64,000 bases of DNA, taken from positions 192,001-256,000 of the forward strand of contig CAVZQN010000001.1 in the NCBI GenBank assembly GCA_963777505.1. Reading direction: 5' to 3'. Below, in pieces: positions 1 through 9,953 of this stretch. This stretch comes from an uncultured bacterium. GTDB lineage: Bacteria > Acidobacteriota > HRBIN11 > JAKEFK01. How positions within the stretch are numbered: position 1 is the first letter of the stretch; each line of letters opens with the position of its first letter. The notes below the pieces were generated by a model. The model did no database searches. It was not told the origin of the DNA and worked only from the letters and a program-made list of their open reading frames with translations. Both the position numbers and the translations under genes were made by a program.

Positions 1-284
1 TTGAGTTGTTCTTCAGCTTCTGAATGTTTACCGATTGAAAACAAGGCCTTACCATACTTGAATTCGGCAGCTGCAAGTCCTTTCTGATCATTTGTCTTTT
101 TGTAGAGTTCGATTGCTCGACTATATTTCAGCAAACCGGCGTCGAAGTTAAACTGGGCGACTTCAGAATCTGCTTCTGTTACAAGCGTGGCTGGATCTTC
201 TATCTCTGTCGGTTGGACCACAGAGATTGCAAAAAAATGAAAAAACAGAAGAACGATAAAAACTTGAAAAGACACTTTCTGCAT
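1..284 (-). CDS. Exported TPR-like protein, N-terminal part (runs off window edge)
   Basis: Read manually: ATG at 284 after GAGG gives MQKVSFQVFIVLLFFHFFAIS (signal-like), then helical TPR-like segments (YSRAIELYKK...YGKALFSIGKHSEAEEQL); no stop before position 1. Confidence 0.6.
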   Translation of the reverse strand, partial: MQKVSFQVFIVLLFFHFFAISVVQPTEIEDPATLVTEADSEVAQFNFDAGLLKYSRAIELYKKTNDQKGLAAAEFKYGKALFSIGKHSEAEEQL

Positions 285-427
285 AGTTCTCGCCTCATTA
301 AACAAGACGGTTCAAAACGGAAATGAACCGGAACCTAAGAACTTTATTGTAACTATTTTAAACTCAATAACTTACAGACATCAAACATAATAATATTTCG
401 AAAATAGCTCAGATTCAGAATAATATA

Positions 428-456
428 TTGCATTTTAACAATATTTATACTATTAT
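428..456 (+). promoter_or_regulatory. sigma70-type promoter of lrp (likely leaderless)
   Basis: TTGCAT(428-433)-N17-TATTAT(451-456), 7 nt before ATG 464, no SD. Confidence 0.45.
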
Positions 457-463
457 TTCGCAT

Positions 464-941
464 ATGAAAGTAGATGAAGTAGATTTGCGCATTTTGGAAG
501 TTCTCCAAAAGGATGGCAGGATTACGAATTTTGATCTTGCGAAGAGGATCGGGCTGACTCCTGCCCCGACACTGGCACGGGTAAAAAAGTTGGAATCATC
601 TGGTTTCATTCGGAAGTATGCAGCGCTTGTAGATCAAACAAAACTTGGGATGTCTGTAACAGCATTTGTTCATGTGATTTTGGAATCACACAAGAAAAAG
701 ACAACTCTGGATTTTGTAAAAGCTATAGAAGCGATTGTCGGAAGTTCTGGAGTGTCATCACATTGCAGGAGATGAAGATTTCTTGTTAAAAGTGGTAGCT
801 TCGAGTCCGGCTGAATATGAATCGTTTGTATTAGAAAGACTCACAAAGGTTGAAGGGATTGAAAAGGTCAAGACTACCTTTGTTTTATCTTCATCGAAGC
901 TGGAGACAGCGATACCGGTGAAAGGAGGTTTGTCATCATGA
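464..941 (+). CDS. Lrp/AsnC family transcriptional regulator (1-nt frameshift near 734)
   Basis: N-terminal HTH (DLRILEVLQKDGRITNFDLAKRIGLT..RVKKLE) in ORF 428-775; C-terminal RAM domain (EVLECHHIAGDEDFLLKV) in ORF 735-941; removing one base at about 734 joins them. Confidence 0.85.
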
Positions 942-1579
942 GACTGTTAACTACATTTGATATTGATTTTATGTTTCTTGCCTTTTCATCGTTATTTTCG
1001 ATCATTAATCCGATATCGGCAGCACCGATTTTCGTTTCATTGACTGATGGACCAGGATTTGATCGAAGGAAGTCGGCATGGCGCACAAGTCTTTCAGCTG
1101 GAGCGGCTCTTGCATTGTTTGCTCTCGCAGGTGGAGCGATCTTTGCGTTTTTTGGAATTACAGTTGCTGCTTTTCAAATTGCAGGTGGCATTCTGTTTAC
1201 GTTGATGTCGATTCAACCGCTGCTCAGCGATAAAGCTGAAGTAATGGAAGACAGCCCGAATCAGATGGACCCATCGATTGTTCCGCTGGGAATTCCATTG
1301 ATTGCAGGCCCTGGCGCAATTTCAACCGTCATGGTTCTGGTTGGTCAGGCACGCGATACATTTCATCGTGTGGCTCTTGGTGGAGCTATCGCTTTGAATA
1401 TTGTATTGACCTTACTTGTTTTGCTTGTGTCACCCTGGATTGTTCGAAAAATGGGTGCAACTGGTCAGCGAATCGTTGCAAAAATTATGGGATTGATTAC
1501 TGCGGTTATCGGTGTGCAGTTCATTATTAATGGTTCAACAACCGTGGTAATGGAAATCCTGAGAGCGTCGAAAGGTTAA
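938..1579 (+). CDS. marC: MarC family integral membrane protein
   Basis: Motifs IINPI, FQIAGGILF, VPLGIPLIAGPGAISTV, KIMGLI; ATGA overlap with the lrp stop. Confidence 0.9.
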   Translation: MRLLTTFDIDFMFLAFSSLFSIINPISAAPIFVSLTDGPGFDRRKSAWRTSLSAGAALALFALAGGAIFAFFGITVAAFQIAGGILFTLMSIQPLLSDKAEVMEDSPNQMDPSIVPLGIPLIAGPGAISTVMVLVGQARDTFHRVALGGAIALNIVLTLLVLLVSPWIVRKMGATGQRIVAKIMGLITAVIGVQFIINGSTTVVMEILRASKG

Positions 1580-1582
1580 GTA

Positions 1583-1611
1583 AGGGCGGCGGGACTTAGA
1601 CCCCGCCCTTC
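1583..1611 (-). repeat. REP-like palindrome (GGCGGG-TCTAAG family)
   Basis: Reverse complement GAAGGGCGGGGTCTAAGTCCCGCC resembles the copy at 36282. Confidence 0.55.
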
Positions 1612-1666
1612 TGTATTCAAAGTTGCTTCTGTTGGCAATTCCGTTAACATGGATCAGGGAGGGCCT

Positions 1667-3250
1667 ATGTTTTATTTACTTCTTTCCTCATTCTTCGTCT
1701 TTTTGTTAGCAACATCATTAATCGCAAGCCCGGTGGAAACCAATACTTATCAACCAGAGAGCGTTGAAGTCTTAGAGCCGGAAGATTGCAGTAAATGCGA
1801 TTTTTCTGTGGCCGCAGAATTGCCAAAAGAACGGACACACGTACAAGGTAAATTCTTCGATGAACATACGTTTCGTTTGATGAAGGAACACGCCAGATAC
1901 AATCCAAATGCCCCATCCGGAATTTTAGTTAAAGAAGCCAAGCAGATGGAAAAGGCTGCGCCGCCGTTACGATCTTCCTTTGATGGTATCAATCAAGTTT
2001 TTTCAGGTTTTTTTCCACCTGATACTCAAATCGCTGTCGGTCCTAACCATGTGTTGCAGGCAACCAATGGAGGCATCAGGCTTTCTTCAAAAACAAATAC
2101 AAATGTTTCACTGGTTAACTTCAACACTTTTTTCGCAAAACCAGGTGTATTTTTGTTTGATCCAAAAATATTTTATGATCCGATCGGACAACGCTTCTTT
2201 GTAACGGTTCTGGAATTCAAAGATCCACCTCAGGTTTCAATTGTACGTTTTGCAGTTTCACAAAGTAGCAGCCCTGCCAGCTTGACTCAAGGTTGGTGCA
2301 GATATTCATATTCAGGAAAGGTTCAAGGAACCTGGGCAGATTACCCATCAATGGGAATGAATGAAAAGTGGTTCGCCATTCATACGAACAATTTTAAGTT
2401 CAGCGACAATACATATACACGTTCCCTTGTGAAAGTGGCGGACAAATCAAAACTTGTAAACAATTCAACAACATGTCCACGTATTACTTTTTCTACGTTT
2501 AACTTTCCCTTTCCAAGCTCACAAATCAGCGGAACGATTCAATTTGCTCAAACAATGACAACTACGACTCTTCCTGGGACTCCTCTCTTTGCTGCAAGCA
2601 CTCTTGCAGGGGATTCAAACAGATACGAACTTTGGCGTGTCATTGGTACCACCAGTCCTTCTATCGCACGAGCCACAATAATTGGCCGTCCTTATTTAAT
2701 CCCTCCCGATGCGAAACACAAAGGTACAGGTCCTGAATTTGACACGGATGTACCACGCACGTTATCCAGTATAGTGCGGGATGGCATCATTACATTTTCA
2801 TTTACGACGGGATGCAATTTTGGGAGTCTCCCCAACGAAAGCTGCATTCGCGTGGTTCAAATCTCACCGACCGATACCGGTGGAAATATTTTGTTTGAAG
2901 GAGATTTTGGCGGTGGTGCTGACAAGTTCTTCTGGATGCCTGCGGTAACTGTTAATTCGGCTCGTGATCTAGCGGTAATTTTTCAACAAAGCGGCAAAAA
3001 CGCATTTCTTGGAATTGCATATACTGGCAAAAAATCTACAGCTTCGAGTCTTGAACCTTTTAAGAATCTTCAAATAGGAAAATGTAATCTCGTGAACGTG
3101 GATGATTCAGATCGGAATCGTAGCGGAGATTATGCTGGGATGACTGTCGATCCTTCTGATAATCGAACTTTTTGGGGTTCAGCAGAATATACTTCAAACA
3201 TCAACGGCCGTTGTGTTTGGAATACGCGTATCGGCAAAATGAGTTATTAA
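1667..3250 (+). CDS. Secreted hypothetical protein (PPDxxxAVGPxH family, beta-rich)
   Basis: GGAGGG SD, signal peptide MFYLLLSSFFVFLLATSLIA; motifs PPDTQIAVGPNHV, FDPKIFYD, ADYPSMG, RSGDYAGMTVDP. Confidence 0.75.
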   Translation: MFYLLLSSFFVFLLATSLIASPVETNTYQPESVEVLEPEDCSKCDFSVAAELPKERTHVQGKFFDEHTFRLMKEHARYNPNAPSGILVKEAKQMEKAAPPLRSSFDGINQVFSGFFPPDTQIAVGPNHVLQATNGGIRLSSKTNTNVSLVNFNTFFAKPGVFLFDPKIFYDPIGQRFFVTVLEFKDPPQVSIVRFAVSQSSSPASLTQGWCRYSYSGKVQGTWADYPSMGMNEKWFAIHTNNFKFSDNTYTRSLVKVADKSKLVNNSTTCPRITFSTFNFPFPSSQISGTIQFAQTMTTTTLPGTPLFAASTLAGDSNRYELWRVIGTTSPSIARATIIGRPYLIPPDAKHKGTGPEFDTDVPRTLSSIVRDGIITFSFTTGCNFGSLPNESCIRVVQISPTDTGGNILFEGDFGGGADKFFWMPAVTVNSARDLAVIFQQSGKNAFLGIAYTGKKSTASSLEPFKNLQIGKCNLVNVDDSDRNRSGDYAGMTVDPSDNRTFWGSAEYTSNINGRCVWNTRIGKMSY

Positions 3251-3268
3251 CCGCAAAGTCACTGAGTC

Positions 3269-5557
3269 TTATTTCTGCTTTGCAAGACGCAGGTGTTGCA
3301 TCTCCAGATCGCGACGTCCCATTCGATTATAAATATCAGCCAGCACAAGATGGCCGAGCGGTCTATATTCCGGACCTGGATCGAGCGACAATCCTTTTTC
3401 GGCATATTCAATTGCTTTCTGAGTTTCTGATCCCCGTTCAACGAGAGCTTGTGCTAAGAAAAGATAGCCAAGTGCAAAATCCGGTTCATCCTCTACCGAT
3501 AAATTCAGGTGTTGAATTCCTTCATCTATTCTTCCGGTGTTGATCAACAGCCGCCCAAGATTTAAATGTGCCTTAAAATTCTTTGGCGAATTTTGCAGCT
3601 CAGCAAGATATTCTTTTTCTGCTTCCTGAAGGTTTCCTTGTTTTTCCCGCAGTTGAGCCATATTAAAATGTGCCATATTAATTTCAGGATTGAGCTTTAA
3701 CGCTTTCTGAAAATATTCTTCCGCCTTTGCTTGATCTTGCTTTTGCAGATGAGCAACGCCGATGCCGTTATAAATCCAGCTCGGATCGGATTCAGTTTTC
3801 AAAGCTCGGTCGAAATATTTCAAAGCACGATCAGGCTCATTCATGCCGAGATAAATTTCGCCAATCTTATAAAGGACCTGGGTATTATCGGGCTTTTTAG
3901 TGAGGAAGTGTTCAAAACCTAAGAGAGCTTCTTCAGTCTTCCCCATTTTTCGATATGTATTCGCAAGGTTAATCATTGCAAAATCATAATCGGGCTTTAA
4001 CTCAAGTGCTTTTTTGAATGAATCAAGCGCTTCTTCATAACTCTTTTTTCTATAGTATTCGTTGCCCAGCATGAAATGTGCATCGATAATCTTCGGATCT
4101 TGCTCGACTGTCTTCTTGAATTTTTCAATAGCAGATTCTGCATTGCCTTCCAATGAGTCTTGTCTTGCGGATGCAATCAGGTTAAATAGATCAATTTTGT
4201 CTTTAGGATCGGGCAGAGTCATTGGATCCTGAGTGACCGGTCCAGAAAATGCTCCTACATATCCTAAAGCAGCGAGTTTTTCATGTGCTTGATCATCGAT
4301 GGCTCCAGGCTGCATTACGGCTTCACTTACTTTTTCGTTTTCAATTTTCTTTAGTTCTTTTTGCATCTTCTGAGCTACTTCTTTTTGCTGATGATAAATA
4401 TTCGTTTTTTCGCCGGGATCAGAATCGAGATCATATAATTCGGGACGCGGCAGATCGATGTACTTAAATCGAGAGTTTCTAAGTGAAAGCAGACGGCTCC
4501 ATCCAAAGTGATACTGTGGGTAATAGGATTCCCCATAAGAATACGGGCTTTCCACATCAGAACCCTCCAGCGCATAATGCAATAAACTTCTTCCTTGAAT
4601 TGCCTCCGGAACGCGAATGCCTGTCATTTGTAAAACGGCTGGGAAAATATCAATGGTTCGAACTTGTTGCGAAACGCTCTTGCCATGAAGTTCGCGTTTT
4701 GGAGTCCAGAGAATCATCGGAACATGCAGAGTCGCATCATAAATAAAAAATGCATGTGTTGATTCTCCATGTTCTCCTAGGCTTTCACCATGATCTCCGG
4801 TTAAAACGATGATTGTATTCTCACGCAAGCCCAGAGCATCAAGATGATCGAGCAATTTTCCTACAAGCGAATCGGTATACGCGATTTCGCCGATGTACGG
4901 ACGTCCTGGATATATTTTTTTGAATTCAGGAGGAGGCTCATATGGAGTATGCGGATCGTAAAAGTGCGTCCAGAGAAAAAATCGTTCTCCCTTATGCTGG
5001 TCAAGCCACTGGATTGCATTTTGAAGGACATCACCACCTTTTCGTTCAACACTTCCGAGACCCACACGTTCCTGCTTCGCAACGTCAAACTTGTCATGAT
5101 AGGTATCGAATCCCTGATTCAGTCCCCACATTGAATCAAGGACATATGCTGCTACAAATGCAGCGGTTGAAAAGCCGTTTTGTTTGAAAATTTCTGCGAG
5201 TGTGTTTTCGTTTTTTGAAACATAAAACCCGCCATTATCGTGAACACCATGCAAAGCAGGCAACTTCCCCGTCATCATTGAAGTATGCGAAGGCAACGTG
5301 AGTGGTACATGAGCTGTTGCATCCAGAAAGAGAGTGCCTTCTCTCGCTAAGGTGTCAATGTTAGGAGTGCTGATCTCTTTATAACCGTAACAACCGAGTC
5401 GATCAGCGCGCAGAGTATCCAGTGTTATCAGCAGGACGTTGTATTTTTTCTTTGACACATCCTGAATAATTTCTGGAAGTGTTGGACGCCTGAAAAATAA
5501 CCATCCAGAAAAAACTGCAGCAACAAACGAAAGTACGATTAATACTTTAAGACGCAC
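3269..5557 (-). CDS. Sulfatase-like (alkaline phosphatase superfamily) hydrolase/transferase with C-terminal TPR repeats
   Basis: N-terminal membrane anchor; NVLLITLDTLRAD, TLPSHTSMMTG, HFYDPHTPY, GDHGE; multiple TPRs. Confidence 0.88.
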   Translation of the reverse strand: MRLKVLIVLSFVAAVFSGWLFFRRPTLPEIIQDVSKKKYNVLLITLDTLRADRLGCYGYKEISTPNIDTLAREGTLFLDATAHVPLTLPSHTSMMTGKLPALHGVHDNGGFYVSKNENTLAEIFKQNGFSTAAFVAAYVLDSMWGLNQGFDTYHDKFDVAKQERVGLGSVERKGGDVLQNAIQWLDQHKGERFFLWTHFYDPHTPYEPPPEFKKIYPGRPYIGEIAYTDSLVGKLLDHLDALGLRENTIIVLTGDHGESLGEHGESTHAFFIYDATLHVPMILWTPKRELHGKSVSQQVRTIDIFPAVLQMTGIRVPEAIQGRSLLHYALEGSDVESPYSYGESYYPQYHFGWSRLLSLRNSRFKYIDLPRPELYDLDSDPGEKTNIYHQQKEVAQKMQKELKKIENEKVSEAVMQPGAIDDQAHEKLAALGYVGAFSGPVTQDPMTLPDPKDKIDLFNLIASARQDSLEGNAESAIEKFKKTVEQDPKIIDAHFMLGNEYYRKKSYEEALDSFKKALELKPDYDFAMINLANTYRKMGKTEEALLGFEHFLTKKPDNTQVLYKIGEIYLGMNEPDRALKYFDRALKTESDPSWIYNGIGVAHLQKQDQAKAEEYFQKALKLNPEINMAHFNMAQLREKQGNLQEAEKEYLAELQNSPKNFKAHLNLGRLLINTGRIDEGIQHLNLSVEDEPDFALGYLFLAQALVERGSETQKAIEYAEKGLSLDPGPEYRPLGHLVLADIYNRMGRRDLEMQHLRLAKQK

Positions 5558-5599
5558 CTTTGCTCCTCAACACCCCTGCTCCCCTGCTCCTCCGCAGTC

Positions 5600-6610
5600 C
5601 TAATGCACCCGTCTTCCATTCAACAAATCAAGCGCATGAAATAGAATGGGCTTCAGTACTTCGACAGAGTGCGCCATTGCGCCTGGATTGCCTGGTAGAT
5701 TGATGATTAGTTTGGTCCCTGTAATTCCCGCTTCACCCCTTGATGTCCATGATAAAGGTGTTTGTTCTGCTCCACTTTGCCGCAATAGTTCAGCGATTCC
5801 ATGTGCCGGACGTTCGATGACATCTCGCGTTGCTTCAGGCGTCACATCCCGCACTGAAAACCCGGTGCCTCCGGTTGTGAGAATCAAATGAATGTCCGAA
5901 TCACCGGCATGTTTTTGTAAGACACTTGCTATTTTGCTGCGTTCATCAGGAACAATTTCCTGTACAGACACATTGATTCCCGCTTTTATCAAAGCTTCAA
6001 CAAGAGCAGGACCTGAACTATCTTTTTGTTCATTGCGAAAACAACGGTCACTTACAGTAATCACTGCTGCATTGTAACGTTCGTTATCGCCGCTCATTTT
6101 TGTCCTTTCTTGAGCGGGCGCAGTCTTAGACCCGCCTTTACTTTTTTTATAAAGACCGCTTTTGCCGCCTTCTTTTTCTAACAATTCAATTGGACCAATC
6201 ACCATTCCTTTATCGATACCCTTACACATGTCATAAACAATTAATGAACCTACTGCGACTGCGGTTAGAGCTTCCATCTCGACTCCAGTCTTCGATTCAG
6301 CATTTGCTTCGGCCCGAATCTCTAACTTATTTCCATTCAATTCAAAATCAATACGGAGGTGTGTTAATGGAATAGGATGACATAACGGTATCAGTTCAGA
6401 AGTTTTTTTTGCTGCTTGAATTCCGCCAATGCGAGCAATTTCAAGAACATTTCCTTTGACGGTCTGATTCTTTCGAATTGCATCTGCGATCGCATCTGTA
6501 AGCTGAATCTGCCCTCCAGCGATTGCCCGTCGGAATGTTATGGCCTTATTTGAAACATTCACCATTCGGGTTTGACCTTTAGAATCGATATGACTTAACC
6601 GTTTTTTCAT
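5600..6610 (-). CDS. moaC: Molybdenum cofactor biosynthesis MoaC joined to a MogA/MoaB domain (fusion may be artefactual)
   Basis: LSHID..MVNVS, LIPLCHP, TGVEMEAL, YDMCK (MoaC); VITVSD, TTGGTG..RDVTPEA, NLPG (MogA/MoaB, own ATG at 6097). Confidence 0.9.
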   Translation of the reverse strand: MKKRLSHIDSKGQTRMVNVSNKAITFRRAIAGGQIQLTDAIADAIRKNQTVKGNVLEIARIGGIQAAKKTSELIPLCHPIPLTHLRIDFELNGNKLEIRAEANAESKTGVEMEALTAVAVGSLIVYDMCKGIDKGMVIGPIELLEKEGGKSGLYKKSKGGSKTAPAQERTKMSGDNERYNAAVITVSDRCFRNEQKDSSGPALVEALIKAGINVSVQEIVPDERSKIASVLQKHAGDSDIHLILTTGGTGFSVRDVTPEATRDVIERPAHGIAELLRQSGAEQTPLSWTSRGEAGITGTKLIINLPGNPGAMAHSVEVLKPILFHALDLLNGRRVH

Positions 6611-6658
6611 CTTGCTCTTTGTAGAATGGATCTGTACAATCGTGAGTTTACTTATACC

Positions 6659-7627
6659 ATGGAAAATTCTGCAGCTTCAGCAATACCGCCAGCGAGTGTG
6701 GGCGAAAGACTCAAGACATACATTGATTTAGCCCGCCCGTTTACTCTCCTTGCTCCGATGCTCGGCTTTGTTTCAGGAGGAGTGACTGCATGGGGCGCAC
6801 ACCCGATTACGCCAGCTCATGCTTCCGTTCTGGTTTCTATTTTTCTTGGATCCTTAATGGCTGCAACATTAAATGCTGGTTCGAATGGAATAAACCAGGT
6901 CTATGATCTGCCGATTGATCGGATTAACAAACCGAACCGGCCAATTCCGGCCGGCAAAATGTCAATCAAGGAGGCGTGGATTGTTAGCGCAGTCTTTTAT
7001 GTCATTGCCTGGATTCTTGCCTGGTTTGTAACACCCTATGGCAATCCTGATGATCATTCTTGTTTTTGGATTGTCCTGATCGCTTCATTTCTTACCTATG
7101 TATATTCAGGACCGCCTTTCCGAACAAAGCGTCTAGGGATTCTTGCAAACATTACGATCGCAATTCCGCGCGGATTGCTCCTGAAAGTAGCCGGTTGGTC
7201 TGCGGTAAAACAAATCTGGGGTGTCGAGCCCTGGTACATCGGGGCGATTTTCGGTTTATTCCTTTTAGGTGCCGCTACAACCAAAGATTTTTCCGACATG
7301 AAAGGAGATGCTGCCGATGGATGCAGGACACTTCCTATCTTATATGGTGTGAAAAACGCTGCATGGATCATCAGCCCTTTCTTTGTTGTGCCATGGATTT
7401 TGATTCCGATCGGTGTGCATCTGAAAATTCTTACTGGCAACCAGCTGATGCTTTACATCCTCGGAATCGTGCTCGCGATTTACGGTGCATATACTGTCTA
7501 CACCATGGTACGTAAACCCGAAGAGCTTGCCACAGACTCCAATCATGTTTCATGGGCTCACATGTATCGGATGATGTTTGTCGGTCAGATAGGATTTGCG
7601 TTAGCATATCTTGTAGAATTGTTTTGA
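6659..7627 (+). CDS. UbiA-family prenyltransferase (DGGGP synthase / chlorophyll synthase-like motifs)
   Basis: NQVYDLPIDRINKPNRPIPAG, YSGPPFRTK, KDFSDMKGD; multiple TM helices. Confidence 0.85.
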   Translation: MENSAASAIPPASVGERLKTYIDLARPFTLLAPMLGFVSGGVTAWGAHPITPAHASVLVSIFLGSLMAATLNAGSNGINQVYDLPIDRINKPNRPIPAGKMSIKEAWIVSAVFYVIAWILAWFVTPYGNPDDHSCFWIVLIASFLTYVYSGPPFRTKRLGILANITIAIPRGLLLKVAGWSAVKQIWGVEPWYIGAIFGLFLLGAATTKDFSDMKGDAADGCRTLPILYGVKNAAWIISPFFVVPWILIPIGVHLKILTGNQLMLYILGIVLAIYGAYTVYTMVRKPEELATDSNHVSWAHMYRMMFVGQIGFALAYLVELF

Positions 7628-7643
7628 ACCGCGGAGACGCAAA

Positions 7644-8129
7644 ATGAAACACGTATTACTTGTAATTCTTTTGTTTATTCTACCTGGACTTGTCATTGCA
7701 CAAGTCGAACAAATCAATGTAAAAGTTGAAAATGTGACTTGTTCACTTTGTTTTAACGTTGCTCAAGCAAGTCTGCATCAACTACCGAATGTGAGTAATA
7801 TTTCAGCCGACATGAAATCGGGAAAAATAGAAATCGCAACAAAGTCAGGAGTCTCGGTAAAAGATGTGATGGATCGGGTGAAAGTCGCAGGGTTCAAAGA
7901 AGGGAGTGACTTTGAAATTGTTGTCAGCGGAAAATTAGAAAAACGCGGCAACCGCGTTGTGCTGGTTGCTCCAGGCCAAAAAGAGTTATTCATTGTCGAA
8001 CCAAACGACAAAAGCCGTATGGCCGCAAGTATGGCAGAAGAAAAAAGTGCTGCGCGAGTTGTCGCTTCACTTTCCGGCAGCGGAAATCAATACAAGCTAA
8101 ACGTCATCCAGATGCGTAAGCCAAAATAA
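7644..8129 (+). CDS. Exported heavy-metal-associated (HMA) domain protein
   Basis: Signal peptide; VENVTCSLC (CxxC) in an HMA-like fold. Confidence 0.7.
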   Translation: MKHVLLVILLFILPGLVIAQVEQINVKVENVTCSLCFNVAQASLHQLPNVSNISADMKSGKIEIATKSGVSVKDVMDRVKVAGFKEGSDFEIVVSGKLEKRGNRVVLVAPGQKELFIVEPNDKSRMAASMAEEKSAARVVASLSGSGNQYKLNVIQMRKPK

Positions 8130-8140
8130 TCTAACCACAT

Positions 8141-8578
8141 TCATTTCTCGAAAAGACTATATTCTTTCGCATCGTCTTCCATTTCACGGGAAAGTATCCA
8201 GTACACTGCTAATGTGGAACCGATCAGCGCGTTGCTCAAAATACCGGAAACGATTCCACCTCTCATCATTAATAGAAAAAACAGCGCGACAGGGATTCCG
8301 ATGAAATACGCGCCAAACAAAATCATGTTTTTTCTGAGCGACTTAGCCACAAAGAGCGCTACAACCGCATAGACAACATACAGGATCAAAAAAGAAATTT
8401 GTAGAACGCGCTCACTGTTTACCAGCATAGGAATTAGCGATTCAGGCAGATACTTGAGAAGAAAAGGAGTGGTGAGTAATCCGATGATGAGCGCACGCAC
8501 TACAAATACGAACGCATAGATACTGAAAATTCGGTTGAACCAAATTCGAAGTGTTTTTCGATTCAATGGATACTGCAA
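8141..8578 (-). CDS. Hypothetical membrane protein (about 4 TM)
   Basis: 145-aa ORF with four hydrophobic segments. Confidence 0.55.
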   Translation of the reverse strand: MQYPLNRKTLRIWFNRIFSIYAFVFVVRALIIGLLTTPFLLKYLPESLIPMLVNSERVLQISFLILYVVYAVVALFVAKSLRKNMILFGAYFIGIPVALFFLLMMRGGIVSGILSNALIGSTLAVYWILSREMEDDAKEYSLFEK

Positions 8579-8711
8579 TAGATTACTTATTATTTATTGT
8601 TTTTCGGCGCAAGACTTTCAAGTCTAAGCTCGGTTGCAGCAGAAGTTTATTTATTGGATAATCATTTTCTCCCATCAAGTCCCCGAGTCTTTTGACGTCA
8701 AAGGAGCATCA

Positions 8712-9953
8712 ATGTTTAAAATCCAACCTCAATATTGCATCTTTTCTTTGTTGATGCGGACGGTCGTAGGTCTGGCCCTCTGTTCACTTATGGCCTGCAG
8801 TAGCATCCTCAAGAGCCCGGAGCAGGCCAGCATCAAGACCTGGCCCGAGATCCGATCCGATTATCGCGTGGAATCCCTGCGCGCGAGCCTGTACGAGTAC
8901 TCGATCACGTTCGCCGCGGAAGTCGAACTCGCGGCCAGTTCGATTGAGCAACAGACCGCCGATGAAACGGTCCGTCGCAACGCCTTGCTCTGGCGAATCC
9001 GCGCTATCCCTGAAATGCGAAAGGCGTGCTTTCGGATGGAACCGGTGAGCGCCCTCGTCGACGCGTGGACCCTCGCCCGCCAGATGGATCAGCTCTTCAG
9101 CGAAGGCGCGGGCGCCGGTGCGTTCGGCACATTTCAACCGGAGGCCGTCGCGGTGTCGCGCCGCCTCGTAGACCAGCTGCGCGAGATTGGGGGGTCGATC
9201 GCCATGTCTCCCGAAGCAAGAGCCGATTTCGAGCATCGGATCATCGATCCATGGGTCACCGAACATCCGCTCCGCGACATCACCTTCGTGCGTGAATCTC
9301 CGGTTGCACGCTTTGCGGAACAATCGAGGGAACTCGGCGACGCATCCCAGTCCGTCGGCACAATGGAGGAACTGGCAATCAGCCTTTCCCAGCAGGCCCG
9401 AATCTATATGGCGGACATGCCGCGACAGATGCGTGGAGAAGCCGACCTGTTGCGTATTGACATGCTGGCGTCGAAAGATCTGGCGTCGATTCAAGGGGAC
9501 CTGCATGTGGTTTCCGAATCGGCGGGTCGCATCGCGTCGACCGGCGAAAGCATTTCGGCGCTCGTCGAAAACGAGCGACGAATCGTCCTCGAAGAAGGGA
9601 GCCGGCAGCGAGCCCTGGTGATGAATGCCTTGTCCGACGAGCGGAAAGCGGCAATGGACGTGCTTATCCACGCGCTGGCCTCGGAACGCGGTGAACTGCT
9701 ACGCGACGTCGAAACGCAGCGGTTGGCCACGCTCGAGTGGGCGACGGCCGAGCGCCGAGTGGCCATCGAGGAAGTGCGCCGCGAGCTGGCCGGAGCGATT
9801 GTCGCCTTGCGTGGTGAGCGCACCATCGTAGTCAATGACATGCGTGGCATCGTCAATATGGTGATGCTGCGTGTGGCGATTTTCCTGATCGCGGGCGTGG
9901 TGCTCGCGCCGCTCGTCGCCCACGCTTACGCCCGTGTCTGGCCACGGCGCTAA
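8712..9953 (+). CDS. Hypothetical lipoprotein, helical/coiled-coil with C-terminal TM; atypically GC-rich
   Basis: AAGGAG SD before ATG 8712; lipobox-like LMAC; C-terminal VAIFLIAGVVLAPLV. Confidence 0.7.
   Translation: MFKIQPQYCIFSLLMRTVVGLALCSLMACSSILKSPEQASIKTWPEIRSDYRVESLRASLYEYSITFAAEVELAASSIEQQTADETVRRNALLWRIRAIPEMRKACFRMEPVSALVDAWTLARQMDQLFSEGAGAGAFGTFQPEAVAVSRRLVDQLREIGGSIAMSPEARADFEHRIIDPWVTEHPLRDITFVRESPVARFAEQSRELGDASQSVGTMEELAISLSQQARIYMADMPRQMRGEADLLRIDMLASKDLASIQGDLHVVSESAGRIASTGESISALVENERRIVLEEGSRQRALVMNALSDERKAAMDVLIHALASERGELLRDVETQRLATLEWATAERRVAIEEVRRELAGAIVALRGERTIVVNDMRGIVNMVMLRVAIFLIAGVVLAPLVAHAYARVWPRR

Noticed and set aside
5573-5595. CCCCTGCT tandem octamer
   Set aside because: Only about 2.5 copies; too short to interpret
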